This document shows positions 34,415 through 47,008 of a stretch of 64,000 nucleotides of DNA, in pieces. Source of the DNA: Lophium mytilinum (Eukaryota). Every line of letters starts with the position of its first letter. The stretch's first letter is position 1. The stretch is taken from the NCBI GenBank assembly GCA_010093605.1, contig MU004189.1, positions 1,557,834 to 1,621,833 on the forward strand, given 5' to 3'. Below the pieces are notes generated by a model that was given only the letters and a program-made list of their open reading frames with translations, did no database searches and was not told the DNA's origin. Made by a program: the position numbers and the translations under genes.

Positions 34415-35120
34415 GGCGCCTTATTTTAAACGCATACTCTCTATACTTAAGAGAGGGGAAAAGATTTAAACCTTATACTTACTTATTCTCTATAGTACTA
34501 TACTTATTTTAAATGCATACTATATATACTTTATAGAAGAAATAGATTTAAACCTTATACTTACTTATTCTCTATAGTGCTGCACTTATTTTAAACGCAT
34601 ACTGCATATACTTTATAGGGGGGATAGATTTAAACCTTATACTTACTTATTCTCTATAGTGCTGCACTTATTTATAATAAATACTACCTATACTTTATAG
34701 GGGGAATAAATCTAAACCTTATATTTACTTATTATTCTCTATATAGTTATACTTATTTATAATAAATGCTGCCTATGCTTTATAGGGGGGATAAATCTAA
34801 ACCTTATACTTACTTTTTATCCTCTATATAGTTATACTTATTTATAATAAATGCTGCCTATACTTTATAGGGGGGATAGATTTAAACCTTATACTTACTT
34901 ATTATCCTCTATATAGTTATACTTATTTATAATAAATACTACCTATACTTTATAGGGGGGATAGATCTAAACCTTATACTTACTTATTATTCTCTATATA
35001 GTTATACTTATTTATAATAAATACTGCCTATACTTTATAGGGGGGATAGATCTAAATCTTATACTTACTTATTATTCTCTATATAGTTATGCTTATTTAT
35101 AATAAATACTACCTATTTTA
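34415..35120. repeat. Tandem array of about 8 copies of an 82-85 bp unit inside the RIP island
   Basis: The anchor AAA-CCTTATA recurs at 34471, 34553, 34635, 34717, 34802, 34887, 34972 and 35057 (steps of 82,82,82,85,85,85,85). Confidence 0.9.
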
Positions 35121-35930
35121 TTCTTCTTCTCTATATAGTGCCGGTACTAGCACTATATAGAGAAGAATAAGGGCCTTATACTAATACTACTATTTAGACA
35201 GCGCGCTATTAATATATACTACGTATTTTAGTATATACTAGTAAAGAAGTATGCTCTCTAGAAGTTATAAGCCTAATTTCTAGAGTTAAGAGACTTATTT
35301 ATAATAAAGATTAGCCTTATAAGCTTCTTAGGTACTAGTATAGAAGTATACTCTCTAGAATTATAGTAGTTATAAGCCTATTTCTTAAAGTTAATAGGCT
35401 TATTTATAATAAGGATTAGCCTTATAAATATATTAGGTAGTATACTCTCCTAGAATAGCATTACTATATAATAGCTTTTAGTATTATACTACCTATTCTT
35501 ATACTAAAGCTTATACTAATACTAGAAATAGATAGAAAGATATACTCTATAATCTTATTACTAGCGGGGTATATAAAGTTATCTTCCGCTATCTTAGAGC
35601 TTTTCTTCTTTATTCTCTAACCTTCTATCTCTTAGGCTTATCTAGAATAACTTCTTTATTAGCTTTTATTACTCTTCTATTATTACTCTTTTATCTCTTT
35701 AGCTTATCTAGAACAACCTTCTCTTTACTAAAGCATCTCTTTAGCTTATTTAAAATAATCTATCTCTTTATAGCTTTATAAGCTTTATTAACCTTATCTA
35801 CTTTTTACTCTACTTATTAATAATAATACCTTCTAAGGCTATTCTATATTACTAGCGTATCGCTACCTATTACGCTAATATTCTAGCTAACCCTATAACT
35901 ATAGCTGCGCAGCAAGTATAAGTTCTTTAC

Positions 35931-35978
35931 CTTACCTTCTTACCTTCTTACCTTCTTACCTTCTTACCTTCTTACCTT
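35931..35978. repeat. 8-bp repeat (CTTACCTT)6
   Basis: Six direct copies read from the sequence. Confidence 0.85.
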
Positions 35979-37259
35979 TTTACCCTTCTTTAGCTTTATT
36001 TTTAATAATCTTCTAGGGCTATTACTTAGTATATAGCTTATTAAAACCGTATAAATAAGCTATAAAATACTATAGATATTAAGAAGCTCTATACTTATCT
36101 CTAGCGCTCTATAAATAGTATTTCTAAATACTAGAAATATTTTTATAAATATAAGCCTATACTAGGTATACCTTATAGTATAAATTAGCCTCTAGACTTA
36201 ACTACTATTCTAATTAGCCTTAATATAGAGGACCTTATACCTTATAGATGCGCCTAGCAGGAGGTAATAGTTAAAGAGTACCTTATTATAAAGAATATCT
36301 AGCCTTCTAACTCTCTTTCTAGCACCTCTAAGCTTCTAGTAAGGCTTTTTTTCTTTCTTTCCTCTTACTTTATCTCTAATAATCTTAGGTTATATCCTTC
36401 TATATTTATCTAGCATTCTTTAAACTACTAGATAGTATAATTAGTATCTTTTAAACTCTAGATACTATAAGTCTTCTCTTTCTTTCTTATTATTAATAAA
36501 GCTAATAAGATATAATAGCTAATTAATTATAATCTATATATTATAGAGATCTAGCTAGATATTATATAATATAGGCCTAATACTAATATTAATACTTCTA
36601 ATATCTAGCTACCTTATCTAGTATAAAGATAGCTAGTAGGTAATAATTAGATAATAGCCTCTATAGAATTAACTACAGTTTAAGCTTATCTTAAATAAAG
36701 GCCCCTATACTTTTAATTTCTTAATTTCTTAATTTTTCTTTTCTTATTTAAAATAAGAAGGCCTATAGGCATGCAGCTATACTCTAGAAGGTGCCTAATA
36801 TAATCTATTATATTAAAAATTAATAAAAATAACTTAATAAATATAATAAGAGATAGAATACTAAAATATAACTATAAGAAATAAAAGAAACTACTTATTT
36901 AAAATAAGGCCAAACTAATTAATTTCTAGCTAATTTTTAGGCCTTATATAATAGAAATTACCTTATAAAAGTATTATATATTACTTTTAAATAGTATTAA
37001 AGATTATTAGTAATATATTATAATTATTTAAAGCTTTCTAGTATATAGAAGAGTATTATTATAATTTTAGTAATAGTGGTGTTAACGTTTAATTTTAGTG
37101 GGGTGGCCCAAGCGTCAGCCCCCTGTTAGCGCGGATGGGAACGTCAAGTTGGCACAAGAAGTTGTTTTGGGGCTGTGAGGTAAGAGCGCGCTCCTTTTTG
37201 TCCTCACAGCTTCAACGCGTCGATGAGGGTATAACGGACGCTCCCTCTACACCATAACT

Positions 37260-38586
37260 ATGTTGGCCGGCCCTCCACGCCTCCTGTCGGTTGTCTCCGT
37301 CGCCGTTGTATTGCTGCTAGGCTGGTGGTACCTCAGCCTCGTTCACACTACGTCCGCGACACCTCCCCTCAAAACCGACCATTCTCCCCCGCCAAAGTCG
37401 CCCAAGAAGAACACGGGCTTCAGAGCGAGCGTCGACCCTCTCGACTTCAGCATCCCTCTCATCTTCACCCCAGGAACACCCAAGCCCGCAGGCTCCAACT
37501 ACTCGCGCATCCTCGTGCTGCCCAAGACCCAGAAAGAAGACATATTCTGGATCCATGCCGAGCTCCCAGACATCCCACTCGCCGTCTACCAAGTCGACAA
37601 TGACACGGCCGAGTTCCGCGTGCCCAAGAACAAGGGCCGGGAAGCAATGGTACGCCGCACTCATATATACACATCCTCACCCCAACGCGCCCTTACCTCC
37701 ATCCCATAACTCCAAACTAACCAACCAAACCACCGTGCAGGTCTACCTCACCTACCTAATCGACTTCTACAACGACCTCCCCGACACCATCATGTTCTTC
37801 CACTCGCACCGCTACGCCTGGCACAACAACATCCTAATGGGCCTAGACACCGCGCAAGCCATCCGCCGCCTCAGCGACGCCCGCGTCGCGCGCCTAGGCT
37901 ACATGAACACGCGGTGCCACACGGACCCAGGCTGCCCGGACTGGATCCACATGGACCGGCCCGTAGTCGACTTCGACGACTTCCACAAGCCGGAAGAGAA
38001 GTACTACCGCAAGGGCGTGTGGGACGAGCTGCACCCGGGGGCGCCCATACCGCCATCGCTATCCGCGCCGTGCTGCGCGCAGTTCGCCGTCAGCCGGGAG
38101 CGCGTGCAGCAGGTGCCGATTGAGCGGTTCATCCATTACCGCAAATGGCTGCTGGAGACGAGCATGGATGACCAGTTCAGCGGGCGCGTGTTTGAGTATA
38201 TCTGGCAGTATATATTTACGGGGAATGCGGTGTATTGTCCGGCGGTTAGCTCGTGTTATTGTGATGGGTATGGCATTTGCTTTGGCGGGGAGAAGAAGAC
38301 GCAGCATTGGTTTGAGGTGATGGATGAGCGCAATAAGTATTATGAGGAGTTAGATGGGCATAATAAGGAGAAGACGAAGGCGGAGGAGGAGGGGAAGGCG
38401 TTTGAGTTCACCGAGGAGGTGAAGGCGAGGATGAAGGAGTTGGAGGCTAAGATTAGGAGTATGGATGACGAGATGAATAAGTTGAGGGATGCGGCGTATG
38501 AGAGGGGAAAGGAGATACGGAATCAGGAGGCGGAGCGGGAGACGTATGATGATACTCATATCTGGGATAAGGTGGAGCAGAGATAG
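37260..38586 (+). CDS. DUF3431 family type II membrane protein
   Basis: N-terminal TM anchor, VPKNKGREAM|VYLTYLIDFYNDLPD..FFHSHR..WHN, CCAQFAVSRERV and SGRVFEYIWQYIF. Intron 37650-37740. Confidence 0.88.
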
Positions 38587-39107
38587 GCGTCTGCAGTGGG
38601 TGCGATGAAGTTGGTTGGATGGGTTTTGGAGTACGTTTGGACTCTTATCACGTTAAAGGCTGTACGCTTAAGGGTTTGTATACCGTGACTTTAATTTTAG
38701 CACGGCGCATAGCAATGGGCGTTCTGTTATTGTTAGTATCAAGTATATGATGGCTTGCGAAGGCTTCAGGCTTAACAGACACTGCACATGCCGAAGGGCT
38801 TCAAAGTCCTCCACAGTAGAATATATATTGTCGAACTTGCATCTTTACACAGTCAACATTAATCTGTTAATGTAATTGAGAACACACTCTAGACTCTGGT
38901 TCTCTTTGACTTAGGGTCTTGATATCAGACTGGATCCCATTCATACGTTTCTTATGTGTCATACTTCCACATTTCCCGTAGCATTCAGCATGTCCGACAG
39001 GATGTCAAAAATGACACGCCTCAGATCAGGGTAATTTCTCCTGTACCAATTGTCAAACTGACTCCATTCATACATATCTCTCAGCTTCCAAACCCTGCTC
39101 TCTTCCC

Positions 39108-40508
39108 TCACGCCTTCCACTCCACACTCCAACACTTCTCCCCCCTCCTAAACGGCACCACCTCAACCTCCACCCCCTCTTTCCTCAACAACCCCATAAC
39201 CTCCTCATCCCCGTTCCTCAGCACAATCCTCTCCCCCTTCCTATCCTCAACCCCATAAAACTTCCTCCCCGCCCCACTAAGAAACCCCTCCAGAACCTCC
39301 TTCGTCACCTCCCCTTCCTCCAACACCCCCCTCTCCACCCCCTCCTCCAACGCCCCCAACACCAGCTGCGCCGCATACGGCTGCGTAAACACCCCCGCCG
39401 CAATCCGGTCCCCGCCCCTCTTCGCCGTCGCTGCGTGCGGCGCGCTATCCGTCCCCAGGAAGAACTTCGGACTCCCCGACGCCGCCGCGCGCAGCAGCGC
39501 GTCCCTGTCCTCGGGGGTCTTGGCCACCGGCTTGCAGAAGCAGAAGGGGTCGCCGGCCCAGTCGTCGACGGTGATGTAGAGGTGGTGGGCGGTGATGGTG
39601 CCAGCAACCGTCGGGCCGAGGGCGCGGACGGTGGAGATGGCGGCGGCGGTGGTGCAGTGCTCGAGGATGATGCGGAGGCGCGGGAAGCGGGCGTGGAGTT
39701 CGCGCAGGGTGGGCAGGAAGCCGGCTTCGGCGTTGAGGACGGTGATGGAGGAGCCGGAGGGGGATTCGCCGTGTAGGTTGAGGATCATGTTTTGGGCTTC
39801 GAGCTCCGCGAAGATAGGGTAGAAGAGGGTGTAGTCAACGACGCCGGAGGAGGAGTTCTGAGAGGCTGTTAGAGAGAGGGGTATGGGGTAGGAGGGGGAT
39901 AGGTACGGTTGTGACGCCGGCGGGGTAGGATTTGACGCCTGTGATGCCGGCTTTTTTGGCTTCTTTGATCACGTCGGGGGTGATACTTTCGTGGAGGTAG
40001 AGGGACATGAGGTATTCTACGTTTGGCTCTAAGGCTTGCAGGCGAGCTCGGTAGTCGAGGGCTTGTTGGACGGTGGTGATGGGTGGGACGAGATTGGGCT
40101 GGATATGGGTTAGATCGGGGTTTGAAAAGTCTGAGATACGGATAGAGATATATAGGGAGTTGAGAGAATATCGGTTCACTTGTATATCTCAGATATTGCC
40201 GTACTGTTGACAATCTGGCTTGGAGAATGAAAAAGTTGGCGCTAGGAAAGTCTTTTTCAGATACGAAAGGTAACATAAAACATAAAAGAACTTTACACTA
40301 TAATGAATTGAACGTTCTTACCATGACATAGACCGTATTTGCTCCTCCCTTTCAATCGTTAGTCAAGATAGTAAAGGTGGTATTTTATCATGGTATGAAC
40401 CTGTCTGATAGTGGGTACAACGAGTTCAGACATCGCCCCATCTCGGAGGTGGACATGGGCATCGAAAGCAGCCGGCAGCTCGACATCTTGAAATTTATCG
40501 AAGACCAT
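39108..40508 (-). CDS. URA4: Dihydroorotase (homodimeric type)
   Basis: DAHVHLRDG, VYVM|PNLVPP, GVKSYPAGVTT, LNLHGE, LEHCTT, HHL, FCKPVAK and FFLGTDSAPH. Three introns. Confidence 0.96.
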
Positions 40509-40840
40509 ATTGATGTCTTGAGTCACGCTATATCTGTTTCACAAATTGAAATAGAGGAGAAGGATGGAGCGACTTCGGCTGCTCGAAAATTCAAGAGCTA
40601 AAAGCGCTAAGAGTGGAATTTAGGCTTTTCTCGGCCAATCATATACCTTCAATTAGTCTAATTCTGTTTTCACTCTAAATCGCATGCGCAGTCAATCTAC
40701 ACATTAAGTGCAACGGCTGTTGTTATATCGATGCGAAAAATAGTAGAACTGTAATAGGGCAGCTTTGACGTTGATAGTTTCTATTTAAATTCTATCCAGA
40801 TACACACTGAGACAGATGCTAGTCTTGCTTAACGACCAGA

Positions 40841-42035
40841 TCAGGCCTTCGTGTAAGCCGCAGCAGTCTCTTGTTTGCCAGCAGCATCACGCTGGTAGAT
40901 CTCTTCCACGAGCTTGTGCCTGAGAAGTGCATACGACCAATCCTTATACCCATCCGTTCTCTTATCGGCAAAGGCTTCGTAAACACGGCCTACGTTCTGT
41001 GTGAATAGGGGCAACTTGCTCAGATCATCCTCGTCCGGCTCGACCTTGGTAGTCTCGCCCGTAGTGTGGTCTTGAAGTCGAATTGTCATGTCCTCATGCC
41101 CGGCCTGCAGGTACGTGCCCGACGCCGTGACTTGGATCTCGCCGGTCTCGCCGTAAATGCGCCAGATAAGACCTTCGTTGCCAGCGAATGCCGCACCGCC
41201 ACGCATATGATAGGATAGCAGTGCACCGGACTCGAGGTGGCCTTGGAGAAGGAATTGGTCGTGGGCCGTACGCGTGATAGTCTTCACAACAGCTCCCTTT
41301 CCATCCACGATTTGGACCTCAGGCCGTTTTATGTCGATGATGGAATTAAAGGAGGAGATCTCTCCTAACGAGTACAAGAGGCCTTCCATGGCTATTCAAT
41401 ACACGATAATTAGCTCTCTGCACTTTGAGTTGAGATGAAGGGGCGGAGATATACGTACCATGCATAGAGTAAATTGTCAGCATGTTCGCTCCGTTTTCTT
41501 GATAGTTGCAGTATTCAGCATAGTCTGGCTCCTTGAGCCCGCTGAAGCCCGAATTGCCGACAAAGGTAACACTGAGGACCTTTCCGATCTTTCCACTTTC
41601 CACCAGTTGCTTGACCTTTTTCACGAAAGGTGACTGGCAAGCCTGGAGTCCGACCACAGTGCGAACGCCCTTGCTCTTCGCTACACTGATGAGCTCTTCT
41701 GCCTCAGCGACGTTTTTGGCCAGCGGCCACTCGCAGAAGATGTCCTTTCCCGCCTTCAGGGAGGGCATGATGGTAGCATAGTGATGGGGAACCTTCACGG
41801 AGCAGACGACTAGCTCGACATTAGGATCGTCGGCGAGCGCTTGCGGAGAATCGTAGGCTTTCGTGGTTTCGGGCAGCCCGTGGGCCTTGATGGCGGCCTG
41901 GGCGGCTTCCACGCTGGTGTTGCAGAGGGCGACGATGGAGTATTTGGAGGTGTCTTTCAGGTAGGTAATATGAGCCCATGCAGCCCAGCTCTGGCCGGCA
42001 CTAAGGCCGATGAAGCCAATACGGATGGGAGCCAT
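40841..42035 (-). CDS. Gfo/Idh/MocA family NAD(P)-binding oxidoreductase (Gal80-like)
   Basis: IRIGFIGLS..WAAWAH, DPNVELVVCSVKVPHH, CEWPLA and WRIYGETGEIQVT. One intron at ~41399-41457. Confidence 0.88.
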
Positions 42036-43012
42036 GAGGAGTGCTTAGGTCTGAGAGATAAAGAGGAATGAGTACAGAGAATTTAAATGATGAATGTTCT
42101 AGATTGAAGAGAGAAGAAGCTGGAGGTTTGGATAGAGAGACATGGCGTTCATATCTTGTTGCTTTTATACTTCAAAATTGTATCTAGTGTCTCAAAAACT
42201 GAGGCACCAAGGGGCTGCGGAGAGGCTGCGGAGGTGGCTGCGGACAGCCTCCGCAACGCCGTCCGCAAACTGATGATAAATGCAATAGATTCACATGGTA
42301 TGGAGAGCTGAGCGCCAGTTACCAGCTGCGGATGAAAGACTGGGTCGGAAGCATTGAAGGGCTAATTTTGTGGTGTTCAGGACGACGCCGTGTATGGAAA
42401 TGTACCACTTAATGTCTCAAGCTGTAGGAAGCGTGTATAATCAGGATAATTCAACCATATATGTTATTACTCAGCCTTAAATTACAGAATCTGTCGGAGT
42501 ATAGATGTGTAGAAATAGACTCGAGCAGAGATGCATAAGCAAGCCAAAGGGCGAATCGCCACGGAGCTTGCGGAAGCTGCGGAGGTCGTTGTATCGTGCA
42601 TAGCTGACCTAGGCTTGAAGGAGGAAACATCTCAATGAATAGGCCGCAATGAGGGCGTCAACACACAGCCAAAGTAGCCATCGCCATGTCTTGGCGGGTG
42701 TTGAGCAGATGATTTCACAAAATGTGCAAATGGGTGATGCAGGCCCAAGGAACGTGGGCGCAGCGAGCCCTCTCTTTCGCCAGCGCGCGGACAGCCTGGA
42801 TTGCTGTCGGCAGGTGGGCAGGGTGGCAAGGCAAGCTTCAGTCAAAGCTCTCCTCAGACTTTGCGCGGGGAGCTCCCCAACCTCCTCAGACCCTGTATCT
42901 CGTTGTTGTCTCTTGCGCCTCGCCCGTCTCTCCATTCATCTCGACGCTCTGCAGCAGCTTCTTCGTGCCGCCGCCATCTCAATTGGGCTCCAATTGGCCA
43001 TTTCAGCCCACG

Positions 43013-45628
43013 ATGAGGTGCGTGCTAATCCCGACAGCTCGCCTCGCCGCCCCTCTGCCTTCATCCAATCACTGCTGACCCACGACTCTGCAGATTCGGC
43101 GAGCAGCTCAAGTCGTCGCTGATCAAGGACTGGTACTTCTACTACATCTCCTACCAGGACCTTAAGGACAGCCTGAAGACGCCCTACGAGTCCGAGCCCA
43201 CCTACCGCGTTACCAGCAATTTGTCTGTAGTTCCCGATGGCCCCAAGCCCAAGCGCCGCCCGTGGACCGCCGATGATGAGCAGCGCTTTGTGAGCGAGTT
43301 GGAGAAGGAGTTGGATAAAGTCTACACCTTCCAGAAGGTCAAGAGCCAGGAGATTATCCGCCGCATCCAGGCCTCGGAGAAGGAGGTGAACGACGTCCTC
43401 GGCAGAGCAGATGCACAAGATGGCCAAGCTGAGGGGCCGTCTGAAGACGACTTCTCGCTGCTGGAGGAAGACTTGAGCGACATCATTGCCGACGTCCATG
43501 ATCTGGCCAAATTCACCCAACTGAACTATACGGGATTCCAGAAGATCATCAAAAAGCATGATGTATGATGCTATACAAGCCCCCCCCATTTGGCACGATA
43601 CTAATCGTCTCAGAAAACTACAAAGTGGATGTTGAAGCCCGTCTTCGCAGCTCGCTTGCGGAGGAAGCCTTTCTTCCAGGACAACTACGATGCCTTCATC
43701 ATTAAACTATCCCGCTTATACGACAATGTGCGGACACGGGGCAACCCAGTCAAAGGCGACTCTTCTGCCGGTGGAAAACAGCAAAACTTCGTTCGGCAAA
43801 CGACTAAATACTGGGTGCATCCGGACAATATCACAGAGTTGAAGCTCATCATCCTTAAGCATCTTCCCGTTCTTGTCTTCAACCCCAACAAGGAGTTTTC
43901 CATGGACGATACGGCCGTCACTTCCATCTACTACGACAACACAGATACCTGGGAGCTATATCAAGGGCGTCTGAAGAAGACCGAAGGAGCCGAGGCCATA
44001 AGATTACGTTGGTATGGAGGCATGCAAAGCGAAGCTATCTTCATTGAACGAAAGACGCATCGGGAAGATTGGACCGGGGAAGAGTCAGTGAAAGCCCGTT
44101 TCAAAATGAAAGAAAAGAACGTAAATGCATACATGTCTGGCGAGCTCACCGTGGAAAAGCTGTTTGAGAAGGAACGCAAAGATGGCAAAAGGAGCGAGAA
44201 GGATATTGCTTCCGATGAGGCACTCGCGAAAGAGATCCAGTATCGAGTCATTGCCCGACACCTCGTCCCAGTAACGCGGTCGTTTTACCACAGGACTGCC
44301 TTCCAACTACCCGGAGATGCTAGAGTTCGCATATCACTAGACACGGAGCTCACTATGACGCGTGAAGACAACTTAGATGGGAAGAAGCGGGCTGGGAAGA
44401 ATTGGCGACGAATGGATATTGGCGTCGACTGGCCCTTCTCACAGCTTCCCGCCGAAGACATAGAACGCTTTCCATATGCCGTTCTTGAAGTAAAGCTACA
44501 AACGCAAGCTGGCCAGGAACCGCCAGACTGGATTCGACAACTCACGGCGAGTCATCTTGTGGAAGCCGTGCCCAAGTTCAGTAAATACATCCACGGAAGC
44601 GCAACCTTACAACCAAAGCGTATCAACCTTCTACCATATTGGGCTCCGCAGATGGACGTTGATATCCGAAAACCGGTCACTCATCGTTTTGGCATCGAAC
44701 GTCCAGGCCAGTCCAACGACATCTCCACAACGGGAAATCTAGACGACGACTCGGATGACGATGAAGACGGCTCTACTGGGCTCCCTGGAGTACACCAACA
44801 TGAAGACGACACCGAGGAAATGCGTCGCCTTCGCGCTGCTAGAGACGCAATGGAACAACATGACATGGACCAACGGCGAGACTACGGCACAGTCACGAAC
44901 GGAGAGGGACCCAACGCGCTCGATATTGAAGAGCGTATTGCAGCTCAGCCTATCCCAGAAGACGACTACCCACTTTACGACTCTGACGACGAAGATGACG
45001 ACCTAGAGGAAGCACGCTACGTGGGCGGATGGCCGTACTACGCGAAGTGGCTGAAGCAGCGTGGCACCCAACTAGGGAAGACAACCCTGGATTGGGCCAA
45101 GATGCTGATCCCGAGGCCGAAAGCAACACTCATGCCGACCAATGGGCCAAGTATGGGCGTACCGAAGGTTATGGGCGAAGTCAAGCGATTCAAGGCACCA
45201 AAAGGAAAACGTAAGTCCCAGCTCCCTCTCGAGAAATATTCCTCTCAGTATAGCTACTAACAATCCATCTAGGCATCCACGTCCCCGTCCGCGTCGAGCC
45301 AAAAGTCCAGCTCGCCACCGAGCGCACCTTCCTCGACTGGCTCCAGTTCAGCATCCTCCTCGGCTCCATCGCGGCCACGCTGCTCAATTTCGGCGATAGC
45401 GTCTCGTTTGCGGCGGCGTGGTGCTTCACGATCATCGCGCTCGTGTCGCTGTTCTACTCCATGGGGCTGTATATGTGGCGTGTGAAGATGATTAGGAAGA
45501 GGAGGGCGGTCACGTACCACGATAAGATCGGTCCGACAGTGCTGTGTATTGGGCTCTTTGCGGCTGTGGCGGTTAGTTTTGGGGTTAGGTTTGCGGGGGG
45601 CGAGTGGAAAGGGGGTTTGAAGGGATGA
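43013..45628 (+). CDS. VTC4: Vacuolar polyphosphate polymerase Vtc4 (SPX-VTC-DUF202 TM)
   Basis: MR|FGEQL SPX domain ([14 protein letters not shown]), VTC domain ([37 protein letters not shown]) and C-terminal [17 protein letters not shown] region. Three introns. Confidence 0.96.
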
Positions 45629-45916
45629 AAGAGGGGAGGATTGGAGTGTACATGCGGGATGTTGGGACGGTATATGGTTGACATGGTTTCGACGTTGGCT
45701 TGGGAATCGCACATGTCGGGAAATGGTTTGAAGTGATACAGCGCTTGGGCATCGGTCACTGGAGTGCACTGTATCATAACCCGCTTTCGTGAAAAACCCG
45801 TTCATACAACGCTGTAGCATCTATAGCAAGCCCGTCAAGTCATCTATGTCTATACCCATATCTCTAGTTCTCTCGGTATCCCTAGCAACCTCGGTTTCTA
45901 TCTGCATATATGGCTC

Positions 45917-47008
45917 TCACTCCTCTCCCTCTTCTCTCCTGAGCAGCGCCTCCCGCTCTCTTTCGTCTATCCCTTCTTCTGGTACGCTACATTTTGACTT
46001 CGTCAGCACCACGCAATGCCCAAGCATCGGAGAGGTAAGGAAGGGAAAAGGGTCACTCACGACACGAACCCGACAAACGCGAGGATGTAGAACGCGCCTA
46101 CAAACGCCATGCTCCACTCCAGGATGCCGGCGATGCGCCAGTGCTTGGCGCGCATGAAGCCGTACATGGCTACGCCGAGGGCGAAGTCGGCGAGGACAGT
46201 GGCGGCGCTGATGGTTGCGCTGGAAATGGTTAGGACATGATTGATAGAGGTGGGGGCTTAGGAGTTATTATATGGAGAAAGTGGTGAAGAGGGACGTACT
46301 AGAACCGCAGATTCCGAAACGGACTCGGCTTCCACACCTGGTCCCAGTACACGACCGTCGTGCTGACAGCACTGCCGACGATTCCGAGCAGGCAGGCGAG
46401 GAGCAGCCACTGGTGCGCGAGGCGGTAGCGGGCCGTGTCCAGGATGCCGAGGAGGACGAGGCCGAGGCCGGCGATGATGCCGCAGACCATGGCGAAGATT
46501 GAGAGGGCTTTTTTCCACCGGACGTCGGCGATGCCGTAGACGCGGTGGTCGTAGCGGGCGAAGTGGACGAGGATGACGGTTGCGATGTAGGTTATGCCGG
46601 TGATGGAGGCGCCGGTGAGGAAGAATGGTTTAAGGGTGAAGGCGCCGATGTCGGATATGAAGCTTTAGAGAGGAGCAAGCGTCAATATCAAAGTGGCTTC
46701 AAGGAGGTTGTTGGAGTACTATGAAGACTTGAAAGTCGAAATGGAGACTGGTTTGGATTCATGATGTTCACTAGAAAACCTTGACATGGAGATAGAAGAC
46801 TTATGCGATAGAATAAGAGAGAGCATTAGGAGTAGGACAACGAGAAGAAAGCAACGCACGCAACGTATGGGTTACTTTGCAGCGGGTACTTGGGCATGCC
46901 CTTTGCGAACCAGGTAATCAGCAGCACTGCTAGCGTCACAAACCACGCGGTGCCGGATATGAATGGAAAGAGCCATAAATGCTGTAATGGTACACGAATG
47001 CGATGCAT
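45917..47008 (-). CDS. Sfk1/Frag1-DRAM family multi-pass membrane protein
   Basis: LWLFPFISGTAWFVTLAVLLITW, FISDIGAFTLKPFF, LLGILDTARY and AGILEW motifs, spliced across three introns. Confidence 0.82.

Larger units (their letters stand above)
29045..37148. mobile_element. RIP-degenerated transposable element (about 8.1 kb), family unassignable
   Basis: Abrupt switch to very AT-rich, TpA-saturated, CpA/TpG-depleted DNA, with no ORF of 60 aa or more in the track. Ends carry matching inverted motifs (CTTAACGTTCC 29045 vs GGAACGTCAAG 37138-37148). Confidence 0.85.

Noticed and set aside
34415..35120. CRISPR-like array or zinc-finger coding repeat
   Set aside because: Whole units are repeated with no unique spacers, the context is eukaryotic, and unit lengths of 82/85 bp are not multiples of three.
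29045..37148. Centromere, telomere or organellar insertion as the source of the AT-rich block
   Set aside because: TpA saturation with surviving GC/CC/GG islands is the RIP signature. There are no TTAGGG arrays or mitochondrial gene remnants, and the block is short and flanked by ordinary genes.
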